Below are positions 38,300-50,450 of a stretch of DNA of 64,000 nt, piece after piece. Numbering within the stretch: the stretch's first letter is position 1; every line of letters begins with the position of its first letter. The DNA is from Ginglymostoma cirratum (Eukaryota), in contig JAHRHZ010000099.1 of the NCBI GenBank assembly GCA_024137785.1, positions 12,485,466 through 12,549,465 of the forward strand, read 5' to 3'. The notes beneath the pieces were generated by a model that was not told the origin of the DNA, did no database searches, and saw only the letters and a list, made by a program, of their open reading frames with translations. The position numbers were made by a program, and so were the translations under genes.

Positions 38300-38700
38300 G
38301 AAATTGAGCTGTTTAGGCCTTTACTCCTGAGAGTTTAGAAGGATGAAAGGAAATCTAATTGAGTTATGTAAGATGCTAAAGGGGATAGACAAAGCAGATG
38401 TAGATTGGATCTTCCCCCTTGTCCAATTTTAGGCTAAAGGGTGATGGATCTGAAATGGAGTTGAGGAGGAATTGCTTCTCTCGAGGGCCGTGATTCTGTG
38501 CAGTGGATTGCTGGGTCACTGAATAAATTTAAGGAGGGATAGACAAATTCTTAATTAGTAACGGGTTAAAAAGTTATGGGGAGTGGGCAGGAAAGAGGAG
38601 TTGAGACTTAGATGAGGCCAGCTGTGGTCATATTAAATAGCAGAGCAGGCTTGAGAGGCTGCAATAGCCTACACCTGCTCTTAGATCTCATATTCTTATT
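38300..38700 (+). mobile_element. CR1 LINE 3' fragment
   Basis: LGLYS*EFRRMKGNLIELCKMLKG-like sequence followed by the CR1 tail. Confidence 0.8.
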
Positions 38701-38797
38701 TTGTAGACCAATCATCTCAGCCCTAATACATGCTGCATGTGTTCGTCAGGACCGCATTCACCTTTAGCAACTTCATCAATGACCTTCCAGTTGTATG

Positions 38798-41302
38798 TGT
38801 TATGACTATTATCAGTTAATGCTGTAGCAGTATACTGCCACTATTCCCATTCCTTTGTTGGGCCTTAGTTTATTATGTTGGAGGAAACCCATCAGTGAGT
38901 CTTAATAAGAGGAGATTCTATCTTAAACAACACAAGTAGTTTATTACATGATAGGAATCAGGCACATACTATATCAGTACATTAGATATTGTTATTATGA
39001 CTATGCGGAGACGTAAAATAATAGGTCTGTCCTCTTCAAGATCTTAAGATAGCCTGTCTTTTCCCCACCCAGGTTCTTATGCAGATTAGGTGGAGTTTAT
39101 TACAATCTCCAACATTAACCCTTTGGGAACGATTATAGTAAATAGTATCTCAACCCAAACATTTTTTCTCCATAGCTAGTATTTATACCATCATGTATAT
39201 AGTTATTTTTACCACCACCCATCTCTCCTCATGTCTCTGATTTTGCAGGTTTTGGTAATCTGGGATGTTCACATCACATTCTACACCACATTCTCTTTTG
39301 TCTTGGAAGATTGATAAGTTCGTTACATGAGGACTGTTGACCTTGATGCTGTTTTTGGCTGTCTGAGATCTGTAAATTGTTACCATCAACAATCCTCACT
39401 GGGTTCATCCTAATCAATTACTGGTGAGATGATTGTTCTATCAAAAAACAAACCTCCTGCAGTTCCTTTGTACAACTCTCTCAGGAATATGAACTGTATA
39501 AAATCACTGCTGGTCTGCTGCATCTTGAACAATTGCACATCTATCGATCAATGTCCCATATCGATACCTGTTCCCTTGGCCCATGTCTATCATCGATTGT
39601 GCAATGATTGTTTATGAGAGTGGGATTTTACCGCTCAGACTGCTGTTCCTTATGATGTTATAGTTCTAGATACTTAACTGTGGAGTTAACCTCTTTACCA
39701 GTTTCGTGAGTTGGGTCTTCAATTTTCTGCCTACCAGGAATTCTGATGGTGAAACACTGCACTGGAGTAAGGTGGTGCAGTAATTTAAATGTGCTGTGTA
39801 AACGTCAGCATTTTTCTTCACAAGTAACTTGACTATCTGGTCCCCTCGCTCAGCTTCCCCATTGGACTGTAAGAATCTCAATAAATTTATGAAATGTTCA
39901 AATTCAGAACTGTTTGCAAATTGGATGAAAAGCTTATGAGCAAACTATGGTTCATCACCTGACACGATCACATAAAGGATCCTAAATGCAGCAAATACTT
40001 CCTGTGAGACCATGTGGTGGTGTTATATGACATTTCACATCTATTCACCATGAGAAATAGTTGACAGCAATTAGTTAAAATTATCTGTCAAACACAAACA
40101 GATCTGTTCCCACCTGTTTCTCTGTTCTGACGAGGAAAGCAGTGGCTATCAGTGGATCTTGCATTCGCAATCAGTTATGAAGCTTTCAATCTGCTTTGAG
40201 ATCTTTGCCCACCGCACCTGTGAGCAACCTCTGGCTCTGCACTTGATAATCTCAAAGAGTCACTGGGCTGCCTTGAATTGAATGTCTTCTTGCAGGAAAA
40301 CTGGAATAATCAGCCTTTCATTAAATACTAGTAACTTGTCCACAATTATGAAATGCAGCTGATGCTCAAAATAGATAATCATGGCCATTGCATTGGGCCT
40401 TTGGTCTTGTCAAACTTCATCACAATACTACAGAACAGCAACCCAAGCTCAGCCCTTCTTTTGTTCCTTTGATTGACCCTGTTCTGGTTTGCTGGCCTCT
40501 GCACTACTGCTGTCCAAGCAAATGACTCCACTTCATTGACAGTTCTTCATTGTTTCCTGTAAAGCTGTCTACTGTAGCGATGGAAAGTGCATTCGCTGAT
40601 GCCTGTAACTTGCACTGCACATGTTTCAACTCATAGGCAAACCTCCTAAAGCAGAATATGAATTTCTGTATCGGTGAAGGCATCTTTACTAACTCTTTCT
40701 GATCTAACTATTGTTCATGATCCATCTTTATAAGCCCTTTTAGATCAAGGCATACTCTGAAAATCTCTCCAATGCTTATGTGACCAAAAATGCTTCCTTC
40801 TCCATGGTGGGCCTATGTGCCTGACATTGCTTTGGAGGTTTAATACACTTGTTTCTGGAAATTATGGACTGTAGTTAGTCATGACATCTGCAGACATCAA
40901 TATGTCATTGATCACAGAATCACAGAATTCTTACAGCACAGATGAAGGCCATTTGGGCCATTGTCTCTGCACTGGCTCTTCAGATGAGTATCAATACCTA
41001 GTACCAATCTCCTATTTTGTCTCCGTAATCTGGGATGTTATTTTTATCAGATAATTGTCCAATGCCCTCTGTAATGCTTCATTTGAACCTGCATTTCCAG
41101 CCAATGCAATCATACCCTAATTGCTCACAGAGTGAAAAACAAATTTTTAAAATCCTTCTTTTGCAAGTCACTTTAAATTTATGCCCTCATGTCTTGTTCC
41201 TTTTACTAGCTTTTTCCAAGCAAATCTTTATGTCCTCATCGGGTGTGGCTTCATGCAGTCTCCAACATTAACTGTTTCAGAAGCACTATCTTATTTAATA
41301 AC
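38798..41302 (-). mobile_element. Internally deleted Gypsy LTR retrotransposon
   Basis: Integrase QSNGEAERG...SPSEFLVGRKLKT (ORF 39666..39881), RNase H-like EKEA near 40790, LTR at ~38798-39153 and second LTR remnant at ~41240-41302 (shared TCTCCAACATTAAC). Confidence 0.75.
40915..41210 (-). mobile_element. CR1 LINE 3' fragment nested in the Gypsy element
   Basis: Tail repeat ATCACAGAATCACAGAAT then ACAGCACAGATGAAGGCCATTTGGGCC. Confidence 0.65.
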
Positions 41303-41304
41303 TC

Positions 41305-41745
41305 TGCCCAACATAGGTTAGTAGAGGAGATATTCACTGGTGATTGTAATATTCAGTATCATTGACCCTTCTTGGGGATCTGAATCTATCCATGCCCACA
41401 TGCAGCAAGTGGTAGTGTGTATCATAGATGCATTACACAAACTCACCAAGACTCCTTCAACAACACATTGCTAATTCACTATGATTAACACCCAAAAAAC
41501 AAAGGAGCAGGCATCTGTGAAGAACATAATCCAGAAGTTCCCTTAGGCCACACACCATCGTCACTTGGAAGTATATCACCATTCCTTGACTGTGGCTGGG
41601 TCATATCCTAGAACACCCTTCCAATAGCACATGGATTGTCGATGTTCCAAGCAGGCAGCTTGCCACCTTCTTCTCAAGGACAAGTTGGGACAGGAAATAA
41701 ATGCTAGCCTTGTGATGACGCTGTCATCCCAAGAGCAAATGAAAA
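41305..41745 (+). mobile_element. Continuation of second-family LINE (also 37880-37930 and 38700-38790)
   Basis: Resumes after ATCAATGACCTTCC (38775); ends AATAAATGCTAGCCTTG. Confidence 0.65.
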
Positions 41746-42121
41746 AATGGTCCCTATTCAGACTATCAAGAAACTCACTATTACATCAGTCAGGATACTG
41801 ATGTAAATTGTAAATCATTATTTTATTATACTTTCCAGATTAAAAGCAAAATGTGGAATTTGGTGCCCAAATAAATATAGTTTGTCAAACATTTATATGT
41901 TTTCTTTGGCAATAGCGAGTAAAATATCGCACCTGTGGCTCATTATAAAATGCATCTGCAAGTTTACAAAATGTATTATTACTTTTTCCATTAAGAGCAG
42001 TTCACTTTATTTGCTGTTTCCTGGTGAACAGCATTGCTAACCCTCTATTAAAAACACAACAATTTTCTTGGAGGGATTATTGGAAAATACGAGTAAGCCA
42101 CATTCTCAAATGAGCCGCCAA

Positions 42122-42136
42122 TGCCCCCTGGTGGTC
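42122..42136 (-). promoter_or_regulatory. Candidate CTCF binding site
   Basis: Minus strand GACCACCAGGGGGCA matches the CTCF core CCASYAGRKGGC, in non-repeat DNA. Confidence 0.55.
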
Positions 42137-42645
42137 ACTATAGTTGTCAGAGGCAGAAATAGTCAAAGGCTTCCATCAAAACATATCAGATCTGCACTTC
42201 TCTCATTTTTCTCTGTTGACCCAGTCGGTGAGATCTATTTGATAGAAAGCATTCACTATCCAAATACCATTTAGTTCATATTTTCCATACCAGAAAAATA
42301 ATTAATGTGTGATCAATTAGTTGGGATTTGTTTATTAGCTGAGATGTATCTCAATTGAAAAGTGGCAAAATTTATCATACAAATAACAAATTCACAATTG
42401 ATCACTCACTCCTAATATTCTACAAACCTCCTGGTAATGCATATATTACATTTTGATTTTGCGAGCAATGGCTTGCATTTATGATAATACTAATGCAGCC
42501 CGCTTTTGGTCAACTGATAAAGTGATTATTTAGGTTATACTTAAATCAGGAAATTAACCTTTATATCCAACTAAATTAATTAATCTATGGTAATCTTAGT
42601 CAAGGCAGGTATATATTGGATATGGATGGATTTATAGAAGAATTT

Positions 42646-42666
42646 TGTGTGTGTGTGTGTCTGTGT
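42646..42666. repeat. (TG)n microsatellite
   Basis: Direct reading. Confidence 0.85.
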
Positions 42667-43387
42667 CTAATGCAAAATAATATCTCATCAAGTATAAATT
42701 GTCCAATTAAGGATTGATTTATAATGTAACTTTTTTAAAGAGCTCAAACTCAATAATGGAAGACATGGCATTATTTCTAAGGAGGGAGGTAGGTGCCAGT
42801 TCTCACCAGTATCCTGGCCACTATTGTTCCCCAAGCATTATTAAAACAGATTATCTGGTCATTATCCAGTTGCTGTTTATGACACCAATACTGCCTGCCA
42901 TTTGGTTTCTTCATTTCCCCACATTACCACAATGATTAAATTTGGCTGAGAATGCTTTGTAATGTTTTGAGCTTGTGAAAGCTTTCATCCAAATACTGTC
43001 TTTCTTCTTTCCAATTGTTATTATTTTCCTTTCTTTTGTTCCTCTGTACAAAACTTATAACGTTAAACAATCTGACACTTTGGGGTTCTTCATAATAAGA
43101 TAAGTAGGTAAATCCTGGAAACACTGTATCAAGAATGTTGTACTTCAGGGATCATGTGGGAGGCTCTGACAACCCCTGCAGAATTTTAGAGTCGCCGCGT
43201 CAAACTTTGCATCATCACTGTTAGCAAGTAAACTATTTCTATAAGAACAGCGATTTCACATTTGAAATATATTGACAAAGGAATGACTTGGCCACCTGCT
43301 TTTACTTTATTTGTTAGCTTGCTTTAACGAGTCCCAAGAGGAACAACAGAAAGACAATTTATGTAGGAATATTCTTTATTACTGTAA

Positions 43388-43500
43388 CAAAAACAGAAAA
43401 TGCAGGAAGTACACAACAGATCCATCAACATCTGGTGGGTCTGTTGTGCATTTCCATATTTCTGTTTTATTTCAGATTTCAAGTATTTGTAGTTTTTTTT
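43388..43500. repeat. Decayed fold-back of PLE family C termini
   Basis: AAAACAGAAAAT...ACACAACAGATCCA pairs with TGGGTCTGTTGTG...ATTTCTGTTTT. Confidence 0.55.
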
Positions 43501-44094
43501 TGAAGTGCACTAAAAATAGTACTGTGAGAGGCACTGACGTGGTTCCTAGGTTACCAATGAAGTGCAACACAATGATTGTAACTCAAAAAAACAACTGGTC
43601 TTTGTAGCAATGAACAAATGGATTTGTTTTCTTGCACTGGACCTTCTCCATATGTTAGCTTTTCTCACAAAGCTGTTCCATTCTGTCAAGACACTAATGC
43701 TGAAAGATCTCAAGGATTACCAGGAACATGTTCTTAAATCATTAATTACGACAGAAATATCTAAATGCTATGCAATTAATAATAAATCCATTTTTAATTG
43801 CCAAATAATCGTTGCCTAAAATTGTCATGCTCAATTCACAATAAACTCTAATTGACCATTTTAACCTCTGCCTCAGTGCATTTCTCACATTGAACTGAGC
43901 TATGGACTAGAAGAAAGTAGTGGATTAAAGCTGCACCAAGGTTTAAGGTTGGATTGGATTCCAAATTGTTCCAATTTCATCACTAAATGGAGAAAGAGAG
44001 TAAAACTGATGACCTACACAAAATCCCAGCTACTTTCTAACAGTTTTCCAGCCCTTTGGAATTCTGTGACTTCATCCCATATTCATTTCCACAA

Positions 44095-44780
44095 TATTTA
44101 ATGGGTTACTGAAAAGTGTAGAGGAGCAAAGGGATTGTGGAGTGTATACCCATGGATATGAATGGACCTGACTTGTAGATAGGATGGTTGACAAAGCGTA
44201 TGGAATACTTCCCTTTCCTGTTTGAGGCCACAGGTATAACAAAAGGGAGATTATGCTTGAACTGTATAAAATACTAGATAAGACACAATTATCCACGACA
44301 GCATTGGTAAGAATGATGACCACACAGTCCCTGTGTATTGTGGAGATGGGGTCTGGTTTTCATGTTGAGGATGCTGTCCATTGTGTTGTGTGACACTATC
44401 ATTGTGCTAAATAAGACAGACTTAAAACAAATCTATCCACTCAAGAAATCCGTGAGGCGCTGTGGGCCATCACCAACCTGGTCACACGTAATCTTTATTA
44501 TGATCCGTGAAAGAGTGAGAATATCCTGAATACATATGAAGAAAGGTTCTTGGGAAACTAACTGCTGTTTCGGCAGGTGGTTAACATCTTTAGCATTGCA
44601 TTCTGTAAATACATCGACTATTAAGCAAAAATGATTTGAGTCTGCTTTCCCATGTCTCTATCCGACTTCAAAATGAATTAACACTTAAGCATCTGATGGA
44701 TTTTTGTGGACAATTCTGGACACAATTCTTCAGCAAAGATGTAAACTTTAGAAAGGGTATAGAGGAGGATTACCAGGTAC
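44095..44780 (+). mobile_element. CR1 fragment split by ~400 bp of unrelated sequence
   Basis: VEEQRDCGV...AYGIL...LELYKIL (44095-44295) resumes as ..QFW.. at ~44705. Confidence 0.55.
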
Positions 44781-44949
44781 GTAGGATTTTACTTCCAAAT
44801 GTAAAAGACGTTTTAGTAACAAAATAGTTGGAGACGTTAAAATATATTTTCTTGAAAGATTTCAAATCAGTCTCCTTGTTGAAGTGTGATTGAGACTGAT
44901 CACAGGGCATTGTCGTTGTAGTACATTGTCGTTGTAGAAGTTCCCAAGG

Positions 44950-46280
44950 AACAGGATTTAATCACATTTGGAGACGAATGGATGTGACAGGGAGAGTCAG
45001 CATGGCTTCATGCAGAGGAAATCTTGTCTCACAAACTTGATTAAGATTTTTGAGGAAGTGGTGAAGGTAGTTGATGAGGGTAGAGCAGTGAATGCTGTCT
45101 ACATGGGCTCTACTAAAGCATTTGACAAGGTCCCTCAAGGTAGGATGGTCCAGAAGATTCAGTCTTGTGGAATCCATGGTGAGTTGGCAAATTGGATACC
45201 AAGTTGGCTTGGTTATAGAAGACAAAGGGTAGTTGTGGAGGTGTGTTTCTCTAACTGGAGGTGTGTGACTAGTGGTAGTCCACAAAGATCAGTGTGAGGG
45301 ACTCTGTTATTTGTAATGTATACAGGTGATTTGGATAGAAATGTAGGTGGTCTGATTGGTAACTTTGCAGATAACATGTTGGAGTTGTGGATAGTGAGGA
45401 AGGTTATCAAAAATACAGCAGGACATAGATCAGTTGTAAAGTTGGCTGGAAAAATGGCAGATGGAGTTTAATATGGACAAGTGTGAGGTGATGCATTTTG
45501 GGAGGTCAAATGCAAAAGGAAAGTATGTAGTAAATGACGGGACCCCTAGGAGCATTGATGTACAGATGGGTCTTGGGCTGCAAGTCCATAGCTCTCTAAA
45601 AGTGACAACACAAATGGATAAGGTGGTAAAAATGGTAGATGGCATACTTGCCTTCATCAGTCAGTGCATTGAGTATAAAATTTGGCAGGCCGTGTTGCAG
45701 CTACATAAGACTTTGGTCAAGCCACATTTGGAATATTGTTTGCAGTTCTGGTCCCCTCACTATAGGGAGGATGTGGAGGTTTTTGAGAGGGTGCAAAACA
45801 GGCTTAACCAAGACGTTGCCTGGATTGGACTACATTAGCTATCAGAAGACCTTGGACAAACTGGATTGTTTTCGCGAGAGCATCAGAGGCTGAGAAGCAA
45901 CCTGATAGAAGTATATAAAATTATGAGAGGCATGGATAGGGTGGATATTTGGAGTCTTTTTCCTATGCTGGAAATGTCAAATACTAGGAGGCATAGACTT
46001 AAAGTGAGAGGGGAAAAGTTTAAGGGAAATATGCAAGGAAAGTGTTTTTTTTTTTACACAGAGGGTGGTAGGTGCCTGGAATGTGCTGCGAATGAAGTGG
46101 CAGAAGCACATACAATAGAAAAGTTTAAGAAGTATTTAGACAGACACATGAACAGGCAGAAGATAGAAGGATATGGATAATGTGCAGGCAGGTGGAATTA
46201 GTTTAGAAGGACATCATGGTTGGCACACACATGGTGGGCTGAAGTGTCTATTCCTGTCCTGTAGAGTTCTTTATTCTAAG
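44950..46280 (+). mobile_element. CR1/HER1-like LINE RT pseudogene
   Basis: SQHGFMQRKSCLTNL, KAFDKVP, VTSGSPQRSV, FAD, MEFNMDKCEVMHFG, LEYCLQFWSP; frameshifted. Confidence 0.95.
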
Positions 46281-46384
46281 TTTATAGGGTTGCAGAGGCT
46301 GTTGAACCTTCTTTCTCACTAGTTTTCAGTGATATTATTTTACAGGAGTTTCTTTTGAGATGTATACCTGACACAGGCTGGTGT

Positions 46385-46670
46385 TAGCTCACCCTCAGAG
46401 ACACTCTGATCACTCCCCCTACCTTTTACTCCCTACCATCACGGCTTTCAAACTCCACTCCCCACCTCCAAGCTTCCGATATCCCAATCCCACCCTCACA
46501 GCTTCCATCCCCAACTCCCTACCTTCTCAAATCCATAACTTTACAGTTCCCATGTACGCCACCAATTTTCCACTGCAACACATCCCCAACTCCCTACACT
46601 CACAGATCTTGCCCCCTCGATCCCTGCCTTCACTGCTCCTACTGCATCCCAACATCTATTCTCTCCTCCT
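46385..46670. repeat. C-rich low-complexity tract
   Basis: Imperfect repeats such as CATCCCCAACTCCCTAC occurring twice. Confidence 0.5.
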
Positions 46671-47751
46671 TTGGTGGTTACATTACTACATTCTCAATGA
46701 AAACACATCAGAGCTGTGTGGTCATTCTGTTTTACTTTGTTACAGAATTAAACTTGAAGAATCATATAATTGTGACAACTTATATTTCTATGCATGGAAC
46801 TCTCAACTACCATTCATATCTTGTTCATATTTGCATTCGCTTCTATTTATTTGTATACATTTCATCATTCATTACAATGCATTGATGCTTTCTTGGCCAG
46901 GTTAAATCATACAGCAATAAAGTAATTATGTACTTATGACTTTGATCACAAACCTTTTTGAATCTTTAAATGCTTGCATTTACCTGGCACCCAGCAGACA
47001 TTTTGTGGTAACCACTGAGGGCGGGGGGAGCCAGCTTTGTACACTGGAAAATCACCTTAAACTTTTCTCGCCTACAGTTAAGATTAGTAATGCATACAAT
47101 TTGGACAGAGGCTGAGGGACAGAAATCTGCAATGACAGATGCCCAGTTTACAGCCAACCAACTACTGAAATATGCAATGCAGCATATTTTCTAGTCTCCA
47201 TCATGACACAGGTGAGTTCTGTTTCTTCAGTGGATCTCCAACAAGATTCCTGTAAATGTGCTGAAATGTGCAGCAACACATCCTGTTTCCTCCTGTGCTG
47301 TCATCTGGAACCTTCTCCTGCTGCTGCTATTGATCTTGGTCCTCTGCCACTTTGGGTTCCAGCTTTGCTGTACTCAACATTTTTCACCTATAGAGAGTTA
47401 GCTCTAGAACTGTATGGTTCAGGACAAAGCCTATACCTTGCGCGCATCACATTTGGGGACTAATTCCACATCAGGTTAAAGAAAGCCTTGCTGGATTTCC
47501 GGGAATCTGCTGAGGAACAAATAGTGAAGGTTAGTGACCAGCTTCCTGCAGATACAAGTCATCAAGAAATACCTAAGTGGAACAGTAGTTTTGTGAGCAA
47601 GGAAAAAAGATGCAGAGCAAGAGTTGACTGGAGCCTCTTAGCTGTTGAGTACCTAAATTGCCCAGTGGAACATCACTTTGTCCCTAAACCTTTATGAACT
47701 TCAGCCACATACTGCAACATGCCGTGAGCAGCAATTCTCCTCCTTCTGCCA

Positions 47752-48040
47752 GAGATAAAAGGTACTGCAGATGCTGGAGAATCCGAGATAACAAGCATGG
47801 GGCTGGATGAACACAGCAGGTCAAGCAGCATTATAGGAGCAGGAAAACTTGACGTTTCGGGCCTAGACCCTTCATCAGAAATGGGGGAGGGGAAGAGGGT
47901 TCTGAAATAAATAGGGAGAGAGGGGGAGGCAGATAGAGGATGGATAGAGGAGAGGATAGGTGGAGAGGAGGCAGACAAGTCGAAGAGGCGGGGATGGAGC
48001 CAGTAAAGGTGAGTGTAGGTAGGGGGGTAGGGAGGAGTAA
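47752..48040 (-). mobile_element. PLE family A terminus (3' UTR/pseudo-LTR)
   Basis: High similarity to 13984-14230 and to the reverse complement of 56150-56430. Confidence 0.9.
47848..47881 (-). ncRNA. Minimal hammerhead ribozyme motif, intact core
   Basis: Minus strand UUU-CUGAUGA-A-GGGU(CUAG)GCCC-GAAAC-GUC-AAG. Confidence 0.78.
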
Positions 48041-48924
48041 GTGTGGCTAGCTTGTAAAAACAGGACAGATCAACAGAACAGACTTCTTAAGAATGAAACC
48101 CAAAGGAACCAACACACCCCGACTCTACAGCCTCCCTAAAGTGCACAAGCCGGAAGTCCCCATCAGACCCATCGTTTCCCTTCCAGGCACTCCATCGCAC
48201 AGATTAGCTAAAGAACTGCAAAGAAGACTCAGGCACCTAGTCAACAAATCACCCCACTCCATCCACTCAGCCCAAGAATTCCTCAACTCCAAAGACATAA
48301 AGATAAAGGATGAAGAGATCATGATATCATTTGATGTCACTGCCCTATTCACATCAATAGACATACCTCTAGCAAGGGAAACAATGACAACACTTCTTGA
48401 ACAAAAGAACACGACCCCAGTGAAACCATCTCCAAAAACAACATGCTCAAACTATTGGACCTATGCCTCACCACCCACTTCACCTTCAACGGCCAAACAA
48501 ACGAGCAATTCAATGGGACACCCATGGGATCACCTATATCCCGACTCAAAGCAGAAGCAGTAATACCACGACTAGATAAGACTGTCCTTCCGCAAATCCA
48601 ACCTAAACTGTGGATACGCTACGTAGACGACACCTTTGTCATCATTAAACCGACCAAATTAGAAGAGGCACACAAACTTATAAACAACACCCTCACTGGA
48701 ATAAAATTCACCAGAGAGGAGGAGAAGAACAAACAGCTCCCATTCCTGGACATCATGGTAGAGCGCAAGACAAATGGGGAACTGCAAGCGAAGGTACATC
48801 GAAAAACGACACACACAGACCAGGTACTGAACTTCAACAGTAACCACTCCAGCACACACAAACGAAGCTGCGTGCGAACACTATTTAAAAGGGCAACAAC
48901 ACACTGTGGCAACATGGAACTACA

Positions 48925-48973
48925 CGAAGAAGATGACGATGAAGACGAAGAAGACGACGACGACGAAGAAGAA
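48925..48973 (+). repeat. In-frame (GAA/GAC/GAT)n trinucleotide tract
   Basis: Encodes EEDDDEDEEDDDDEEE. Confidence 0.9.
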
Positions 48974-49529
48974 CTCTTCCAGGTTTTCAAGGATAATGGA
49001 TATGCAAAGAATTGGGTCAGAGGATGCCTACAACTCACAACAAGACTCCTACGACTGCTGGGCACCAGAGTGGCACACAAGCCCACGTCAACCCTACAAC
49101 AACTGCTCACCCAAACCAAGGACCCACTCCCCACCATGGACAGGACCAATGTCATCTACAAGGTCCCCTGCAGAGACTGCGAGAAACACTACATGGGACA
49201 AACATGAAGGAAACTAACAACAAGAGTACATGAACACCAATTGGCTATAAAAAGACACGACCAATACTCACTCATCTCAATCCACATGGACAAGGAGAAC
49301 TATGACTTCGACTGGGACAAAACCAAGATCCTGGGACAGGCTAGGCAGAGACAAGCACGAGAATTCCTGGAAGCATGGCACTCTACGAAGCATGCCATTA
49401 ACAAACACATCAATCTTGACCCCATACACATTCCAATACAAAGGAAACCCGGAAGTGAGGCAACCTATCTCAATGTACCCCAGAGTTTAAAAACCAGGCA
49501 GGAAAACATACCGACACTTCATTGGAGGC

Positions 49530-49571
49530 TGCACTGAGGATGTTACCAAGCATGGTAACGAAACATCTGCG
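49530..49571 (+). ncRNA. Minimal hammerhead ribozyme motif in PLE family B terminus
   Basis: UGCA-CUGAGGA-U-GUUACC(AAGCAU)GGUAAC-GAAAC-AUC-UGCG: stem I, 6-bp stem II and NUH triplet. Confidence 0.8.
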
Positions 49572-49844
49572 AAACAAGAAACCAGCTCGGCAAGCCATCC
49601 AACCTCAACAACCTCAAGACCCATTTTACTAATTAGCTTATTTAAGTTTATAATAACTTTAGGAAGGAATTAATAAATTGATGACTTATCCAAGAAAGAG
49701 ATAGTTATGTTTTATGACTTTAAAGGCATCAAGGGGTACGGGGAGAAAGCAGGAAATGGCATTCAAATAAAGTATATGCATGATGACCATGGCATTCATG
49801 CTGATAACAAGATCCTTGTGTAAAAAGCAGTTATCTTTCCGATT

Positions 49845-50450
49845 CTTCAATATAGTGCCAAAACTTGGACTATATACAGACACCATATCATGGCCCTTAA
49901 GAGGTTCCATCAACACTGAGATGAACTCGCTGTTTCAGCTGAGAGGTCAGGCATGCTAACATCAACACCCTTAAAGCAGCTAACAGCACCAGTTTCGAGG
50001 TCATCAACATCCAAAACCAACTCCACTGGTCCATACATGTGCTCTGGAGCCTGAGCTCCAACTGCCAAACTAATCTTTTTTGCCCAGCTCAAGGAAGGCA
50101 CCTGAATGAGAGAAGGATACACGAAGCTTTTAAGAGAATCCATGCGAGCTTCCCTCCCCATAGATGGGAGACCGTTATTGAGAAAAAAACCAAACTTGGA
50201 GGAAATTCCTGTATGAATACTTCTTTTGAGAACACCCGTCAGCGAGAGGAAGTATGGAAAAGGAATCGCAGAAAAGAATGCCAGCAAACTTGAGTCCAAA
50301 GACCAATTCCACTTCCCGGAAACACCTGCCAAATGTGTGGTCAGAAATGTGGCTCAAGAGTCGAGGTCATTAGCCACACAAACACAATGTCCCACAGAAC
50401 CTGTAAGCTGTGAATTTCCTACGTGGACAATCATACTTATTAGTGAGCAA
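49845..50450 (+). mobile_element. RTE-clade LINE 3' remnant
   Basis: LQYSAKTWTIYRHHIMALKRFHQ and LPKLIFFAQLKEG resemble RTE motifs LLYGSETW...RFHQ and LPKQ.LYGEL..G. Confidence 0.75.

Larger units (their letters stand above)
48045..49615 (+). mobile_element. Penelope-like retroelement family B (probably Poseidon group): RT plus GIY-YIG, disrupted
   Basis: PRLYSLPKVHK..PIRPIVS, SFDVTALFTSI, GTPMGSPIS, RYVDDTF, LPFLD, NVIYKVPCRDCEKHYMGQT*RKLTTRVHEH; frameshift near 48410-48440 and stop at 49205. Confidence 0.95.

Noticed and set aside
46381-46905. 174-aa Pro-rich ORF
   Set aside because: Produced by a C-rich low-complexity tract
47203-47217. ATGACACAG|GTGAGT as a first coding exon
   Set aside because: No CpG island or promoter context and no downstream exons recognised; expected by chance
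48619-49155. Antisense poly-Ser ORF
   Set aside because: Shadow of the PLE ORF and its trinucleotide tract
48093-49537. RT plus nuclease cassette as a novel retron/DGR-like system
   Set aside because: Motifs are those of a standard Penelope-like element, and the ORF is frameshifted with a stop
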